Part shown: positions 24,925 through 37,946 of the stretch, one piece after another
Layout of the letters: each line of letters opens with the position of its first letter
Numbering within the stretch: the stretch's first letter is position 1
Source: Chiloscyllium plagiosum
Lineage: Eukaryota
Reading direction: 5' to 3'
Length of the DNA stretch: 64,000 nt
Assembly (NCBI RefSeq): GCF_004010195.1
Contig: NC_057713.1
Location: forward strand, 100,304,075-100,368,074
Program-made: the position numbers and the translations under genes
Notes under the pieces: generated by a model
Told to the model about the DNA's origin: nothing
Seen by the model: only the letters and a program-made list of their open reading frames with translations
Database searches by the model: none

Positions 24925-25052
24925 TTCCAGGATTCTCACTGATTTCAAATTACACCATCTGCTACAGCAGGATTTGAACCCAATTCCCAGAGCATTTTCT
25001 AGGTCACTGAATTTATAGTCTAGTGATAATAACACTAGACCATCACCTCCCC
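24925..25052 (-). mobile_element. tRNA-derived SINE head
   Basis: Minus strand GGGGAGGTGATGGTCTAGTG (A-box)...GGGTTCAAATCC (B-box). Confidence 0.7.
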
Positions 25053-25852
25053 GATTGCCTGGAGAATTTTCCCATTTGCCCTCACCCACACTGACCTGCC
25101 ACACCATGAACATTGCATGCTCTCTCTACAGCCTACTCATTCACTTAGGCAACCTCTCCACCAGCACCAAAAGTAATGAGCCACCCATTTTCATCTCCCA
25201 TAATACCTGCCTCTCTCTCATTCCAGGAGCCAACACTGGGGCAAAAAGAGTTAAGACTGGTGGTCTGTTGCCTGTTATTGAGCTCTCCACTCCTTAAGAG
25301 GAATGGTCCCTGACTCTGACTGGCCTGAGCAGGGTCTGACTTGTAAGAGAGGCTGGTTTGGCTTACTGTGCCAGGATCTCTTTGACTGGGACTGAGGCCT
25401 GCTGACAACTGTGGTAAGCTTCCTCGTTATGTCTCTGTTCTAAATAGAACAAGACAGTAGCTGTATAAGCATGACTATGGTTGAGGGAGCAATGCATGAT
25501 AAGGTAAGGAAATGCAAGGTAGGATATCAAAGAATATGAAGCACAGGCCTGTGATTGTGGTCCATGTGCAAATCAGCCATGACCTAATTGATGGGTGGAA
25601 TATTCTCAAAGGGCTGAAAGGTCTCCTGATTCTATGATTTGACAACCTTGGCTTGGGATGAAAAAAACAAGGTGGTGAGAGTATCTTTGAAATCTTGATG
25701 TGGAGTCAGGAGCAGCAGAACAGGCAGCAATATCCATTGTCCCCGATACCTTCTCCAAAACACCCCACCCTCTACGCCAGGACTTATAGGTCAATAGTAG
25801 GTGAGGCAGCTGGCCCATGACACCACAAGGCGTCGCTGAGACATAGAAGTTT

Positions 25853-26175
25853 GTTAGAATCCCTACAGTGTGGAAGCAGGCCATTCAGTCCATTGAGTCC
25901 ACACCAACCCACCAAAGGCCATCCCATTCTATCCATGTAACCCTGCATTTCCTAAGGCTAATCCATCTAGCCTGCGCATCCCTGGGCAATTTAGCATTGC
26001 CAATCCACATAACCTGCACATCTTTGGAATGTGGGAGGAAACTAGCGCACCCACGGGCAACCCACACAGACATGGAGAGAATGTCCAAACTCCACTCAGA
26101 CATTCACCTGAGGCTGGAATCAGACCCGGGTCCCTGGCGCTGTGAGACAGCAGCGCTAACCACTGATCCACCGCG
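25853..26175 (-). mobile_element. HE1-type SINE
   Basis: Head, V-domain and CACTGTAGGGATTCT tail on the minus strand. Confidence 0.9.
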
Positions 26176-29100
26176 CTTTAAGAAGAAGCTGCAAAGAGCG
26201 TAGGGAAGAAAGTAATCGACAGAGATGATGATGTGGTGAAATGAATGAGGCTGAGGTACAACAGAATTACCGGCAAGGACCAGTCAAGCTGAATGTTTTA
26301 TTTCTGTGTTGCAGAGTCAAAATAATTCAATGTAAGTTGCAGCATTGACAATGTCTGAGATGCTATGGGAGGTATGAAATGTGATGCAGCTCATCCTAAT
26401 TATATACATTTTGCCTGAACCACAATTTTAGGACAGCCTCAGGTCCATGATCTCTATGTTCCAAAATCAGAATTAAGGGAGATCAGCAAAGGGCCTTTTG
26501 AAGGTATGCTGAAGCTTAGAATGAGTTTTATACTACCACTTAAAAATTTACCCTTTTGGCTTTTAAGTAATGTCAATTTTATACCATTTTCAATGAAAAA
26601 AATGATTCAGATAGCATTTTTGCCTTGTCTCTTGCAACCAGATGTTAAGGTTTAATGAGTTTCCCCAGCCGATTCTATGTGAGTGACTGAAAAAATACAG
26701 AGAGGTGAGAGCAAGAATGCTGTATGATTCTCATTATTAAGAAACTGAAGTCACTTTATAGTTGCTGCAGAGATTAATTATCTCCAGTGTAAGAAGTGAA
26801 AACCATTGATTGTTCAGGAATTTGAGCCATAATTAGTTAATAAACTATCTGTTACAGCTGATTATGACATCCCTGAACTAAAGAATTGCAGGCTCCAGTC
26901 TCACAGCATATAGAATTGTTGAGGGCTAAATTTGGCGTATGAGTAAGGAAAAGCTGCATTATCAGTGACAGAGTTCTGAGAAGGTTGCAAATGTTTCTCG
27001 CACGTGTGGCATATATGAGGTACTTCACTGTCACTCATCAAGTCTGGTTCTCCCTGAGCTGTGAACTCAAGAATTATTAACTTCTCTTATTAATATTTTA
27101 AGATGTCAAACTGAGACCAATGCAGAAAAAAAGGAAATAAATAACTTGCATATTTATTGCACCTCTCACATCCTCAAGACACCAATGAAACATGTTCGGA
27201 GTGTAGTCTCTGGTGTAATGTAGGAATTACAGCAAGACTCAACAAATAGCGCAGAACATATTGATTCAGTGATGTTGGTAAACGAATGAAGCAACAGAGG
27301 CTAGTGTATCTAAGAGGCCACATGCATCATATACTATTCATGTAATACTGTGCTGTGGCTCACAATTATCCCCCAAGTGTGGGATATAACACACTAAATA
27401 GTGTGTACCACACACTAACTCCACTGTTTGAAAGACAGCTATATCAGCTTAACCCATATGGGAAAATACAACTTGAATCTATTTACAGATTAGGAAATAT
27501 ATAGAATCCAGATGTACATTGTGAGAAGGAGATGAGAAGTTGAAACTTTGTGTCTTTAACTCATCAATTAACAGAATATTTGATCTTTATCACATTTCTG
27601 TTTGTGAGATTTTGCTTTGTACCAATTGACTGTTATGTTTCCTACATTAGAGCACATATCATTGGCTGTAAAATGCTGGCAAGTCCTGAAGTCATTAGAG
27701 GTGATATATAAATGCAAGTTCTCTTTCTTTCCTCTTTGTAACTTACCTTCTCTACTAACAAGGAGGAAAGAATTTCAGCAGCAAGAGGAAAAGCATTTTC
27801 TTGCTGTTGACTTACAGCAAATTATGTGAGTCATTTGGATCATCCTCATGCAACAGTCCTAATAAGTAACACATGTAATGATTGTTTCCCATTTCATTGC
27901 TAACATAACCATCATTAGTATTTTCTGTTCCCTACAGCCTCAGCGAAAGTCATTTAAAATTGGATTGTTACGAGACAGAATAACAACAAACTTTTATTTT
28001 TGCAAATTTCTACTCAAATAAGAAGCTGTTTCAAAGAGATGACTCATTAAGATGGGAGAAGAGTGAACAGCAGCATTGGAGCTGGAAAGGAAAATGGAGA
28101 GATAAGGGTAGGGAGGGCAAACCACTTTTAAAGAGCAGATCCATTGTGAGTTTCAAAATCAAATAATAACGTGAAAGGGAAAAAGCTGCATGATGACAGA
28201 ATCATAACGGCTGATACGATTGTTTCCATCGGTGGAATTGAGGAACTAAAGACAGAAATAGCCAGACAACACATGATGAAGGACTGCATGCTCAAATAAG
28301 GTGAGCCAATGCCGACTGGAGATTTGAAAGAAACAGATAATAATTTTGGAACTAACTTACTGAGACATACAATTGGTAGGGATTGGACATGGGGACGGTA
28401 ATAGTAGATATGGCCCTTTTGACTTGTGAAAAAGCAGAAAGATTATGTCATTTTAACTTTTACCGTTTGGAAATGAGCAGAAAATAAATGACTTTTTCCA
28501 TCCCAAGTTTTGGAATGAACATTTAAACAAGAATTCCTTACAGGACTAGACCAGGATGATTCATTTAAAATATTGCCCTGAACTATTGCCCTAAGTGCCA
28601 AGTTGTTGCAATTAGTCAAGACAAGAGCAGAGTTCACCTCCTCAACAATCAATGGACCTCCAAGTTAGTGGTCTACTGGATTATAATCATTGGTGATTGA
28701 CAAAGACTTCTGACTGGATCAATGAGGATTCTTCCCTAGCTTCTAGTTCTGTCAGAGTAAAAACTAGCTGAGATTTCCTCCAACACTGAATTACCTTGTC
28801 TCATATTTGGCAGATTTACCAATACGCGAAATAAAAACAGAAAATGCTGGAAATATTCAACAGGTCTTGCAGCTTCTGTGGAGACAGAAACAGAGTTAGC
28901 ATTTTGAGTCAAAGATGGCTCTTCTTCAGAACTGAGGGAGATAAAATGTGATGGAATTTATGGAATACTCCAGGAAAGAGGAGGATAAACAAAAGGAAAT
29001 TGAAGACATGTGTCTCATTGTTGCATCTGGAAATTTTGAAACCATTACACTTTGAAATTCTGTTCTGGACAGATTCCAGTACTAGGTTGATTTAGGATCT

Positions 29101-29298
29101 AAATAATTGCTTGGTAATACTGAAATTAAACATTGTCAATAGGAGATAAGAAGTTGAAGCTTACATTCTTACATACACCTGGACTAGGACAGGAGAAATA
29201 GACTTGAACAAAGGGGCAAAAATGTATACAGCATGAGAAAAGGGTGCTAATTGGTTGGGACATCATTGGCATAGATATATGGCAAGAACAGTTAACTG

Positions 29299-29510
29299 GG
29301 GAGAAAGTGAGGTCTGCAGATGCTGGAGATCAGAGCTGAAAATGTGTTGTTGGAACAGCGCAGCAGGTCAGGCAGCATCCAGGGAACAGGAGAATCGATG
29401 TTTCGGGCATAAGCCCTTCTTCAGGAATCCTGAAGAAGGGCTTATGCCCGAAACGTCGATTCTCCTGTTCCCTGGATGCTGCCTGACCTGCTGCGCTGTT
29501 CCAGCAACAC
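29299..29510. mobile_element. Penelope-derived fold-back element
   Basis: Inverted arms of 84 bp centred on 29427 with 2 mismatches. TSD CAAGAACAGTTAACTG at 29283-29298 and 29510-29525. Confidence 0.92.
29425..29462 (+). ncRNA. intact minimal type I hammerhead ribozyme
   Basis: GAAUC-CUGAAGA-A-GGGC-UUAU-GCCC-GAAAC-GUC-GAUUC gives a 5-bp stem I, a 4-bp stem II and a palindromic ACGU stem III. Predicted cleavage is after C29457. Confidence 0.85.
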
Positions 29511-30109
29511 AAGAACAGTTAACTGTCAAGTTCAATTTTCAGACTAGGCAGGTAGACACTGATTGGTCAGGGTGTTGCTATGGGAATGCAGCAGAAATTG
29601 GCAATCTCCATTCCTTTATTTTCTCCATGAACCCTGTATTGATGTATGGAGCCTACATATCTCTTAGCATAATCTGGATTATTCAATAAATGTTTTCCAA
29701 TTGAAGAATTCAATCTGATGGTGGTCATGTTCTTCTGAGACTTGGAAGCATGAATTGATTGAGTGTGATGAGCATGCTGCCAACTGTGAATGATCAGTGA
29801 AATGTATAATTTTACACAGTCCACCAATTGTTGGCATATTACCTGTATAACAGGCATCACATTGGCACTGAGAATCATATTTCATTTTATGCATTTATGC
29901 AATAGGAAAAATAACTTTTTAGCTAGAAGGCAGCATCCAGTTACTGAAGAAAGTACTCATCTTTATTGCAAGGTAGCAGCGGGAGGTGACTAACTTCACC
30001 CCATTGTTCAAACCTTTGAACCACCTTCCATTCAGGGTTATCTGAGATAGACTAGACACTGTTCAATGCTAGAAAGTGGTTTACATAGCTCCTTTTAATG
30101 TATTTTTGA

Positions 30110-30238
30110 TTTGATTTATTATTGACGTATGTACTGAGATATCGTTTTGTGTGCTAACCAAACAAATCATACATCAGGGCAATAGAACAGAGTGCAGAAT
30201 AAACTATTATAGGTACAGAGAAGGTGCAGAGAGAGTCC
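30110..30238 (-). mobile_element. Rex1/Babar-type 3' tail fragment
   Basis: Reverse-complement match to 42850-43005 (TGCACCTTCTCTGT...AATAATAAATCAAA). Confidence 0.7.
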
Positions 30239-30381
30239 TATGATACACAGTCAATGAGAGTATAATCAGGGCAGCTATAATCAGGCAGGGGAATTTTAAT
30301 AAAGCCTACTTCAGCATCAAGCTCACATGGTGAGCAGATGGCTACGGCCCTATTCACCGGGCTGCAAATAAGATTGACTCT

Positions 30382-30614
30382 TGATATAACTCCACAGAGG
30401 CCAGTATCCAGTTGCCAAGTCACCCTTTATTCACACATGCATAGTACTTGACACCAGTCCAGCTTTGTTACAGCCAGCTAACAGAATGAAGATAATCTCT
30501 GGCACTCCTGTTTCTATCTGTCAGCCAGGGCTCCCTGATTGGACCAGAAGCATCCCAAATCAGGGAACCCATATTCTATGAGGTCCATCTGGCTGACCTT
30601 GTATAATCACTACA
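30382..30614 (-). mobile_element. solo LTR, ~233 bp
   Basis: TG...CA termini, AATAAA on the minus strand, and homology to 24125-24311. Confidence 0.65.
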
Positions 30615-30714
30615 GATCTTGTAATGGGTGGGACAGTAGGAATCCCAGTGAACTTGAGCTTTTGGTAAATAGTAGTAAAGAACCCATTGACAGACTAATA
30701 CAGCAAAGCAAGGG

Positions 30715-30972
30715 AATTTAGTGTCAATTGATGGGTACATATTGACCAGGATACCAGGGACAACTTCATGACGCTTCTTAAAAAAAAACACCTTGGGATA
30801 TATTATACCTATTTAACAGGATAGGCAGGACCTCGGTTTAACAACATATTAAAGAGACAATTTGCCCAAAAATGCAACACTCCCTCACTGCCAGAGTGGA
30901 AGTATGCTCTTGGATTTTGTGATCAGAACTTTGAACCCATCCCTTCTGATTTAAAAGCAAGAGTGTTATCCA
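30715..30972 (-). mobile_element. Deu-type SINE fragment
   Basis: ATATTGACCAGGATACCAGG...CCTCGGTTTAAC...GCAACACTCCCTC. Confidence 0.6.
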
Positions 30973-30974
30973 TC

Positions 30975-31782
30975 GGACAGGCTGAGTGAGTAGACATACG
31001 CAATATAATGTGGATAAATGTGAGGTTATCCACTTTGGCAGTAAAAATTGGAAGGCAGGTTATTATTTAAATAGCTGTAATTTGAGAGAGTGGAATGTTC
31101 AACAAGACCTAAGTGTCCTTGTGCACCAGTTGCTGAAAGTAATCACAGAGATGCAATAGCCAGTAAAAAAGGCAATCTATATTTTGGCTTTCATGGCAAG
31201 AGGGTCAACTCTAAGAAGAAGGATGTCTTTCTGCAATTATAAGAAGCATTGGTGAGGCTAGAATATTGTGTATAGTTTTGGTCTCCTTATCTGAGGAGGG
31301 GTGTTCTTGCTGTAGAGGGAGTGCAGCAAAAGTTGCCAAATTGATTCTTAGGATGACAGGACTGGCATATGAGGAGAGATTGATTCAGTTGTGATTATAT
31401 TCATTGGAATTTACAAGAATGAGACCAGATATCATAGAAATCTATAAAATTCTGACAGGACTAATATTTTAGATGCAGGAAGGATGATCCTGATGGTAGG
31501 GGAGTCTAGAATCAGGGATCATACTTTAAGGATTAAGATTTAAATGATAAGGATTTTTTTCACCCAGAGAGTGGTGGGCCTGTGGGATTCACTACCATGG
31601 AAAGTAGCTGAGGCCAAAACATTAAGTGCTTTCAAGAAGGAGGTGGCTAAAGGGATCAAGCAATATGTGGGTTAGATTAGGGTATTGCGCTCATTATTCA
31701 GCCATGATCAAACTGAATGGTGGAGCAGGACTTGAGGGGCCGAATGGCCTAGTCTTGCTTCTATCTTCTAGGTTTCTATGTA
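30975..31782 (+). mobile_element. CR1 3' fragment
   Basis: TATAATGTGGATAAATGTGAGGTTATCCACTTTGG (YNVDKCEVIHF) through the GGGCCGAATGGCCT 3' UTR. Confidence 0.9.
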
Positions 31783-31799
31783 ACTCTATCTAACATCTG

Positions 31800-32070
31800 T
31801 TCAGCCTCCAGAATCCAGCTTTTCAACAATTTCAGCATTCCATCATTGTTAGATCCCAAGCTCTGGAACTGTCTCTCCAAATTTCTCGACCTTTCTTTCC
31901 TCCTTTAAGATGCTCCTTAAAACCTATTTGACCAAGCTTTTGGTAATTTATCTTAAGACTTCCCCATGTTGCTCGGTAGCTGACTTTGTTTGACAATCAG
32001 TCTTGTGAGGCTGCTTAGAATGTTTTACTAAGCTAAAGTTGCTTTAAAAATGCAGGCGATTATTGTTGTG
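31800..32070 (+). mobile_element. L2 LINE 3' fragment
   Basis: AAGCTCTGGAACT...CCTTTAAGATGCTCCTTAAAACCTATTTGACCAAGCTTTTGG. Confidence 0.65.
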
Positions 32071-33219
32071 GAAAGTCCGTGTATGTGGGGGAAAACTGAT
32101 TGGTGATAGGAAGAATGGTAGGGTCACCTGACCATGTAAAAACAGCTTTGTGAATGTTGGGAAAGTTGGCTAAAGGATGATGGGAAGATAATGGAGAACT
32201 AGCATTTCAACAAAATCACAAGCAGTTTGGGTTCTGTTTTCCTGGGCCATCCCTCCCTCAGTTCTATTGCTGCTCTCCCAATTCCACCAAATACCAACCT
32301 TACCCACTGCTCCAAAACTCTAATTATATTTTAGTGAGACTTCGAACTTCCTTCTGCCCTTGGCCAATTCTGAGGAGACTTTATATGTATCAGTTCACAG
32401 ATTCCTAAACTGCATTATCAGTATTCAGCAATCACACCTGAATGATCCAAACCCCCAACATGTCCTCTCCCAAAGATCCCTTGTTCCAGGAATCCTCTGC
32501 CAGTGATATGGATGTTGAAAAGTACTTTGGTCTTCTGAATACTGCTCTGTCTAATATTACCACACCACTGGGTTTCCCACTTCTCATGCTGACTGACTTC
32601 AGTGGCATTCCTTTAATAAATTCCATTTATTAATGAGCCTTGACAGCTTATTCTGTTACTCTGAATTCCCAGTGTTCTCCTCAGACTCCGCCCTATCTGC
32701 AACTCCTCCCCACCCACTCCCCAACTGCAACACACAAACTGACCCCACTCCCACCCCCACAACACTGTTGTAAATTTTATTGCAACAGTACAACAGCACC
32801 TGATAACCTTTGCCTCGATGTCAGCATTGCCACAGTCATTGCACTTAAAAGGCATTGCATTATGTAACATGTTTGTTTTAATTTTAAAATTCTAGGCTGA
32901 AGCCAGGAGTTTGTTTTTGTCAGAGTCTCCTGTCTCATTGCAAAAATTCAATAACTGTGTGAATAACCTCAGGGAGACGGGAGCACAACACAACCTCTTG
33001 CTTGTGTTAAATAAACGTACACACACAGGAGCTCTTTATTTGCTTGACTACAATCTTTTCTCTGGGGCTATTCCACAAGTGCCTATCCAATTGATTCAGA
33101 ATTAGAGCTGAGATCTGCAGCACTCTTTAAACTCAGCACATTTTGCCGTAACAGTTTAAGAAAAGATGCATGCTTCTGATGAAAGCAAATCAGTTAAAAA
33201 GTTATTGACCTTATAATCT

Positions 33220-33548
33220 GTTGAGTAAAGAAGATTTAGGGATGATCTAATTAAAGAGTTTAAGATGATCAGCAGAGTTAATCAGTTAGATGGAAACTGA
33301 TTCAGAGTTCAGAACAAGGGGACAGAGCCTTATAATTAAAGTCAAGCTGTTCAGACATAATCTAAGGAAACACATAAAGGGTAATGGAAATCTGAAACTC
33401 TCTCCCCAAAACAATATTGAGGCTGACAATCAGCTGAAAATTAAACACATCAAAGTGGTAAGAGAAGTTGAGAAACAGATCAGCCATGATACAATTAAAA
33501 AGTACAATAAGCTCAAGGGGCTGAATGGCCTCTTAATGTTCCCTATGA
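33220..33548 (+). mobile_element. degraded CR1 3' fragment
   Basis: AGAAGATTTAGGGATGATCTAAT, GATCAGCCATGAT and GGGGCTGAATGGCCT. Confidence 0.7.
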
Positions 33549-36500
33549 TTTTAACCCAAAACTTTGTTCCTGTATCCCTGTAATCTTTTGGAGAAATGAT
33601 TTCACTCCAAAAAAAATTAGACTTTTTTTTCTTTTCTCCATTTGCTGTATATAAAAGATTATAGTGAGGATTATGTAACATTAGTCTAATTGACAATTTT
33701 GTAATAAAGAATTCTGTTCGCCCTGATAGAAATGGCACAATAGCACCCAATCAATTTCTTTCCAGATGAATACTTCATCCAGCAACTCAGACTTAATTAA
33801 AATGGAATTGATCTCTTAGCTAATCTTAATTCCCGGTCATTCTAACATGTTATTTAAGGGCATTCGATTTTGCTTGATATTTTCATCAGGCAGTTTGGTG
33901 CGGAGTATATCACCCCTAAACCCATCAGCAGTAGAGCATTAAGAATAGAGAACACACATGGCTGAAACTAGAGCTCAGCTACAATGAAACTGTGAAACGA
34001 CAGGAGCTATTTGGTTTTTGCGCTCAATAACACCTCAAACTGACAATCCACTTGAGCCGAATCAATCACCCGATTCAATAGTTCAGGTTGAAATAACTGA
34101 GTCAGTTACTCATTACTCGGATCCAGGGCAACAATTGGGTATTCATTTCAACAGTCATTTCTATTTTTTTCCATTTTATGTGTGAAGTCTTGATTTTGCA
34201 ATCTTTCTGTTAAATCTGCATTAGCTACACTTTCCACAAACAAATGCTGCTTCAGGAGATCAATTTTCTGGTAGGTTATACCAATTGTTCTGGAGGAGTC
34301 TAAATGTGCATCTCCTCTTCTCTGTTCAGTCCTGCTCTCAGATGCACAGCTGCATAAATTGTCAAGTCGATATTAATTCTAGACATGGAATTATATTGTG
34401 ATGTGAACATATTTTCAGAGGAGCATGCAGTTAATTTGGTCACATTTCTCCCAGGTGGAACTGAATGTTCAGTTGGAGGGTTTTTGCAATAACTACAGAG
34501 AACATTTTTTTTTTGAATAGATCATTCTCACATGGTCTCTGCTGATGAGACTGTCTTCTTTAATAAACTAGTGGCTCTGGATAGGGATGGGTGAGCTTTT
34601 CTTGATATTACATCTCAGATCTCTGAGGGATTGTAAGTAATTTTGTTAAAGGTAGGGTCAGTTATGAGCCTTTCCAGTACAGGTTGTTTTTATTTAAAGG
34701 CTATCAATGCAAGTATTATGCTTCCTTTAAATTTGAAATGGAAAACGCACGATAATTTTGCTGCATTCACCACAGCAGAGTGTGATAGCCTTGTCAGATT
34801 GCAACAGCAATTCTGTGTTCTCAAGATCAGACAATGACAATTTATAGCAGTCTTTTCTCTTCAGTGTTGGAATGCTATATTGCTGTTATTTTCAAAATTC
34901 TCATGTTCATTTTCAAATTCCTCTGAGCCCTGTCTCTCTATCACCGTTCCGATCCTACCAACTTTTAAGATATCTGACCTCCCCTAAATCTGGCAGCCTC
35001 TAACCCCAGCTTTCCCCTGCCTACCATTCACTGCTTTCAGTGCCAGGCTTATTCAACTCCACTCCACTATTGTCTACAGCCTCTCATGCATGCCTACTGA
35101 CCACGCCAATTCAGTGCAGCAGGCTGTGTAGATTGTTCTCTGATCACAGTTCTCAGTCGCAGTTATTTTCTTTTCCTTTGCAGGAACAGAAATTAATGTT
35201 AAAGGAATGGTGATTTGTTTCACTGTCACCCCTGTAAGCGCTTGCACGCCAAGGTGAAAGATCTCTCTGTGTTCAAGTGCAATAATCTTCGAGATTAACC
35301 GAGGTCCTGTGAGTGGCTGCATTCAGCTGGTGTTCGCAAACGTTGTCCTCATTAGAAACAAATACTTCTCATGCCCAGGTGCTGAGCGAATGAATAAGTA
35401 AGAGGTTTGAAAGTGATTAAAGGCTGCAATTAGAGAAGGAAGTTTACTACATTTTTCTGGTCTGTCCTCACCTTAGACTCTGACCCACAGCAATGTGGTT
35501 GAACTCTGAACTGGCCTGTTAAATGGCCTATCAAGCCACTTAGTTGTACCCAAGAAGGCAGCTCAATAAATGCTAGACTGAAATTACTACTCTAAGTGCC
35601 CCCCAGAAAAAGTTATGAAGTTCCTCCATTCTCACGGTGATGGGCTACACCTTTTGTCAGGCTTTACCGGCAAACTTTATAATTTGGTGACATTTTGTAT
35701 TAAATGAATATCTAGAGGCACTGATATTGGAGTTGTAATGAACGAAACCTTTTCAAATAGGTTCCTACATAGTCTTAACTCACGAGAGCTAAAAATAGAT
35801 GATGTCATTTTCTTCCTGTTTCAACAGCAATAACTTGCATTTGCATTGCACCTTTGATCATGGTAATCCATTCTGAGGTGTTTCATGTGACCATTCTCAA
35901 ACAAAATTTAACACTGAGCCATGTGAGTAGGTATATGGCAGTTGAGTTTAAAGAGTTAGATTTTTTAAGGAGGATCTTTAAGTAGGAAAAAAAGGTAGAG
36001 AGGTGTTAAGGTTCAAGGAGGGAATTCCAGAGCTTAGGAATTGACAGCTCAAGCCTGGCTGCACAATGAGCACTTTATAGATAGTCCACACTAATATCAA
36101 AGTAAATTGTCAAGTGTCTAAATAGTCATTTGCTATAACACATTGATGAGGGCTGTTTCAATAATTATAAGAATCATCGTTTCCAACTCTGCATGTACAA
36201 GACATTTATTTCACGATGAGCTTAATTTAAGTCTGAACAACTATAAAATTTTCATTGCAATAAAAATAACCACTACCCTTATGCTTTATTTCAAAATAAT
36301 TGGGTTGTATAAAAATGGAGGAGATTTCGGGCGTATAATTGTCTTGTTCTCTTAACTGTTTCAGGCTCACTGATATTTGTCCATAGTTGAGGAAAATTAC
36401 TTGCTCTAAAACTTATTCTACCATGACAATTATGGTCATTTGAAGATAGCCCTTCCGAAGATATCCCTGAGTTGTAGTCTTATTTTAATTATCTCACAAG

Positions 36501-37359
36501 AAATAATTACATTTTATACACATTTCCCAAATTTTGTCTGTGTTTCTCTTGTTAATTCGAAAGGGGAGGAGGCCATTCAGTCCCTCAAGTCTGTTCCAGC
36601 ATTGAATTCCATCATTTCTGATCTGCACTTCACTATTTTCCCATCTTTGTCCGGTAAGCTGTGATCCCCAACAAAAGTCTGTAAAGCTCATTCTAGAAAA
36701 CTTCAATTGATGTCCAGCTTCCACAACCTTTGATGAAAGAAGTTTCATATTTCTACTATCCTTTATGAAAAGAAGTGCTTCCTGGTATTCCACCAAAATG
36801 GGGACATGCTCCAATTGGGAGATTGTTCCACCTGGTTCTGGCATGAAGATGAAGTAGCAGCAGAGCTGAGCAGAGACATTTGGCGAGTAAGGCCTACAAC
36901 TGTCTCACCACCTGACCTGGACTCCCTCAGCCCATCCATTAGGACCTTTAGACTCTCCTCCTTCACCACCCATTAAATGATGGCAGGGAGGCACAATAGC
37001 CTTGTTTCTACAGCTTAGCATGAACACCATGTGGTTAATAACCTGATGTATGTGATGATAAAGGAATGGAGAAAGGTGTATTCTAAAGACCTCTCCCTCT
37101 GCATCAGATTCTGCATTTACCTGGGTGTTAGTTGTATTGTATAAAGATGAAAGGATAATGCCGAGGAGTGTGTTCAACGCTGCTGAATATGATGATGTCC
37201 CGTGAACTTGGCAGAAGAACAGGATCTCAGAGCAGTAAAGTCTAACCTGGAGATTATCCACATTATCTCAATAGCAATGTCTGTCAAGCCAAAGTAACAA
37301 TACTTGTTGCCAACATGTAATAAATTAAATCTCATTTAAGAAAACAGCTCCTTTTATTA

Positions 37360-37500
37360 AGAGGATGACATTCCTGATGAAGGGCTTTTGTCCGAAATGT
37401 CAATTTCCCTGCTCCTCGGATGCTGCCTGACCTGCTGTGCTTTTCCAGCACAACACTCTTGACTCTAATCTCCAGCATCTTTGTCCTCACTTTCGCCCAC
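37360..37500 (+). mobile_element. single-arm Penelope-derived insert with hammerhead motif
   Basis: CTGATGA-A-GGGC-TTTT-GTCC-GAAA-TGTC at 37374-37401. 12-bp TSD-like repeat (11/12 match) at 37348-37359 and 37501-37512. Confidence 0.85.
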
Positions 37501-37735
37501 CTCCTCTTATTAGACTACCAAGAAGGTGTACTCTATCACACTGGTCCAAACATATCCTATAGGTATCTACGCTGAAAAACAATGGTGGCAGTAAACCCAC
37601 CAGATGAATCTTGCACCATTGATGTGCTGTAGTGAGGATTCATCTTAAGGACTCAGCTGTGAGCCTTAATCTGTCTTTGGGATCATCTGTCCTTTTAAAT
37701 GGTTCCCTCTGCAATCCATTACATGCAGTGAATGA

Positions 37736-37946
37736 GTTGAAAAATGTGGTGCTGGAAAAACACAGCAGCCCAGGCAGCATCCGAGGAGCAGGAGAATCGA
37801 CGTTTCGGGCATAAGCCCTTCTTCAGGAATGCTTATTCCCGAAACGTCGATTCTCCTGCTCCTTGGATGCTGCCTGGCCTGCTGTGTTTTTCCAGCACCA
37901 CATTTTTCAACTCTCGTCTCCAGCATCTGCAGTCCTCACTTTTCTC
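37736..37946. mobile_element. Penelope-derived fold-back element (mirror orientation)
   Basis: Inverted arms join at 37830/37831. TSD CATGCAGTGAATGA at 37722-37735 and 37947-37960. Confidence 0.92.
37794..37830 (-). ncRNA. hammerhead motif with intact core
   Basis: AUUC-CUGAAGA-A-GGGC-UUAU-GCCC-GAAAC-GUC-GAUUC; stem I has a U-U mismatch. Confidence 0.75.

Larger units (their letters stand above)
28829..29970 (-). mobile_element. old Penelope-like element: GIY-YIG endonuclease relic, 3' UTR and pLTR
   Basis: KYDSQCQCDACYTG resembles VYEFQCQCDARYVG, and SSIGKHLLNNPDYAKRY is present. A decayed hammerhead and pLTR lie at 28829-28935. Confidence 0.75.
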
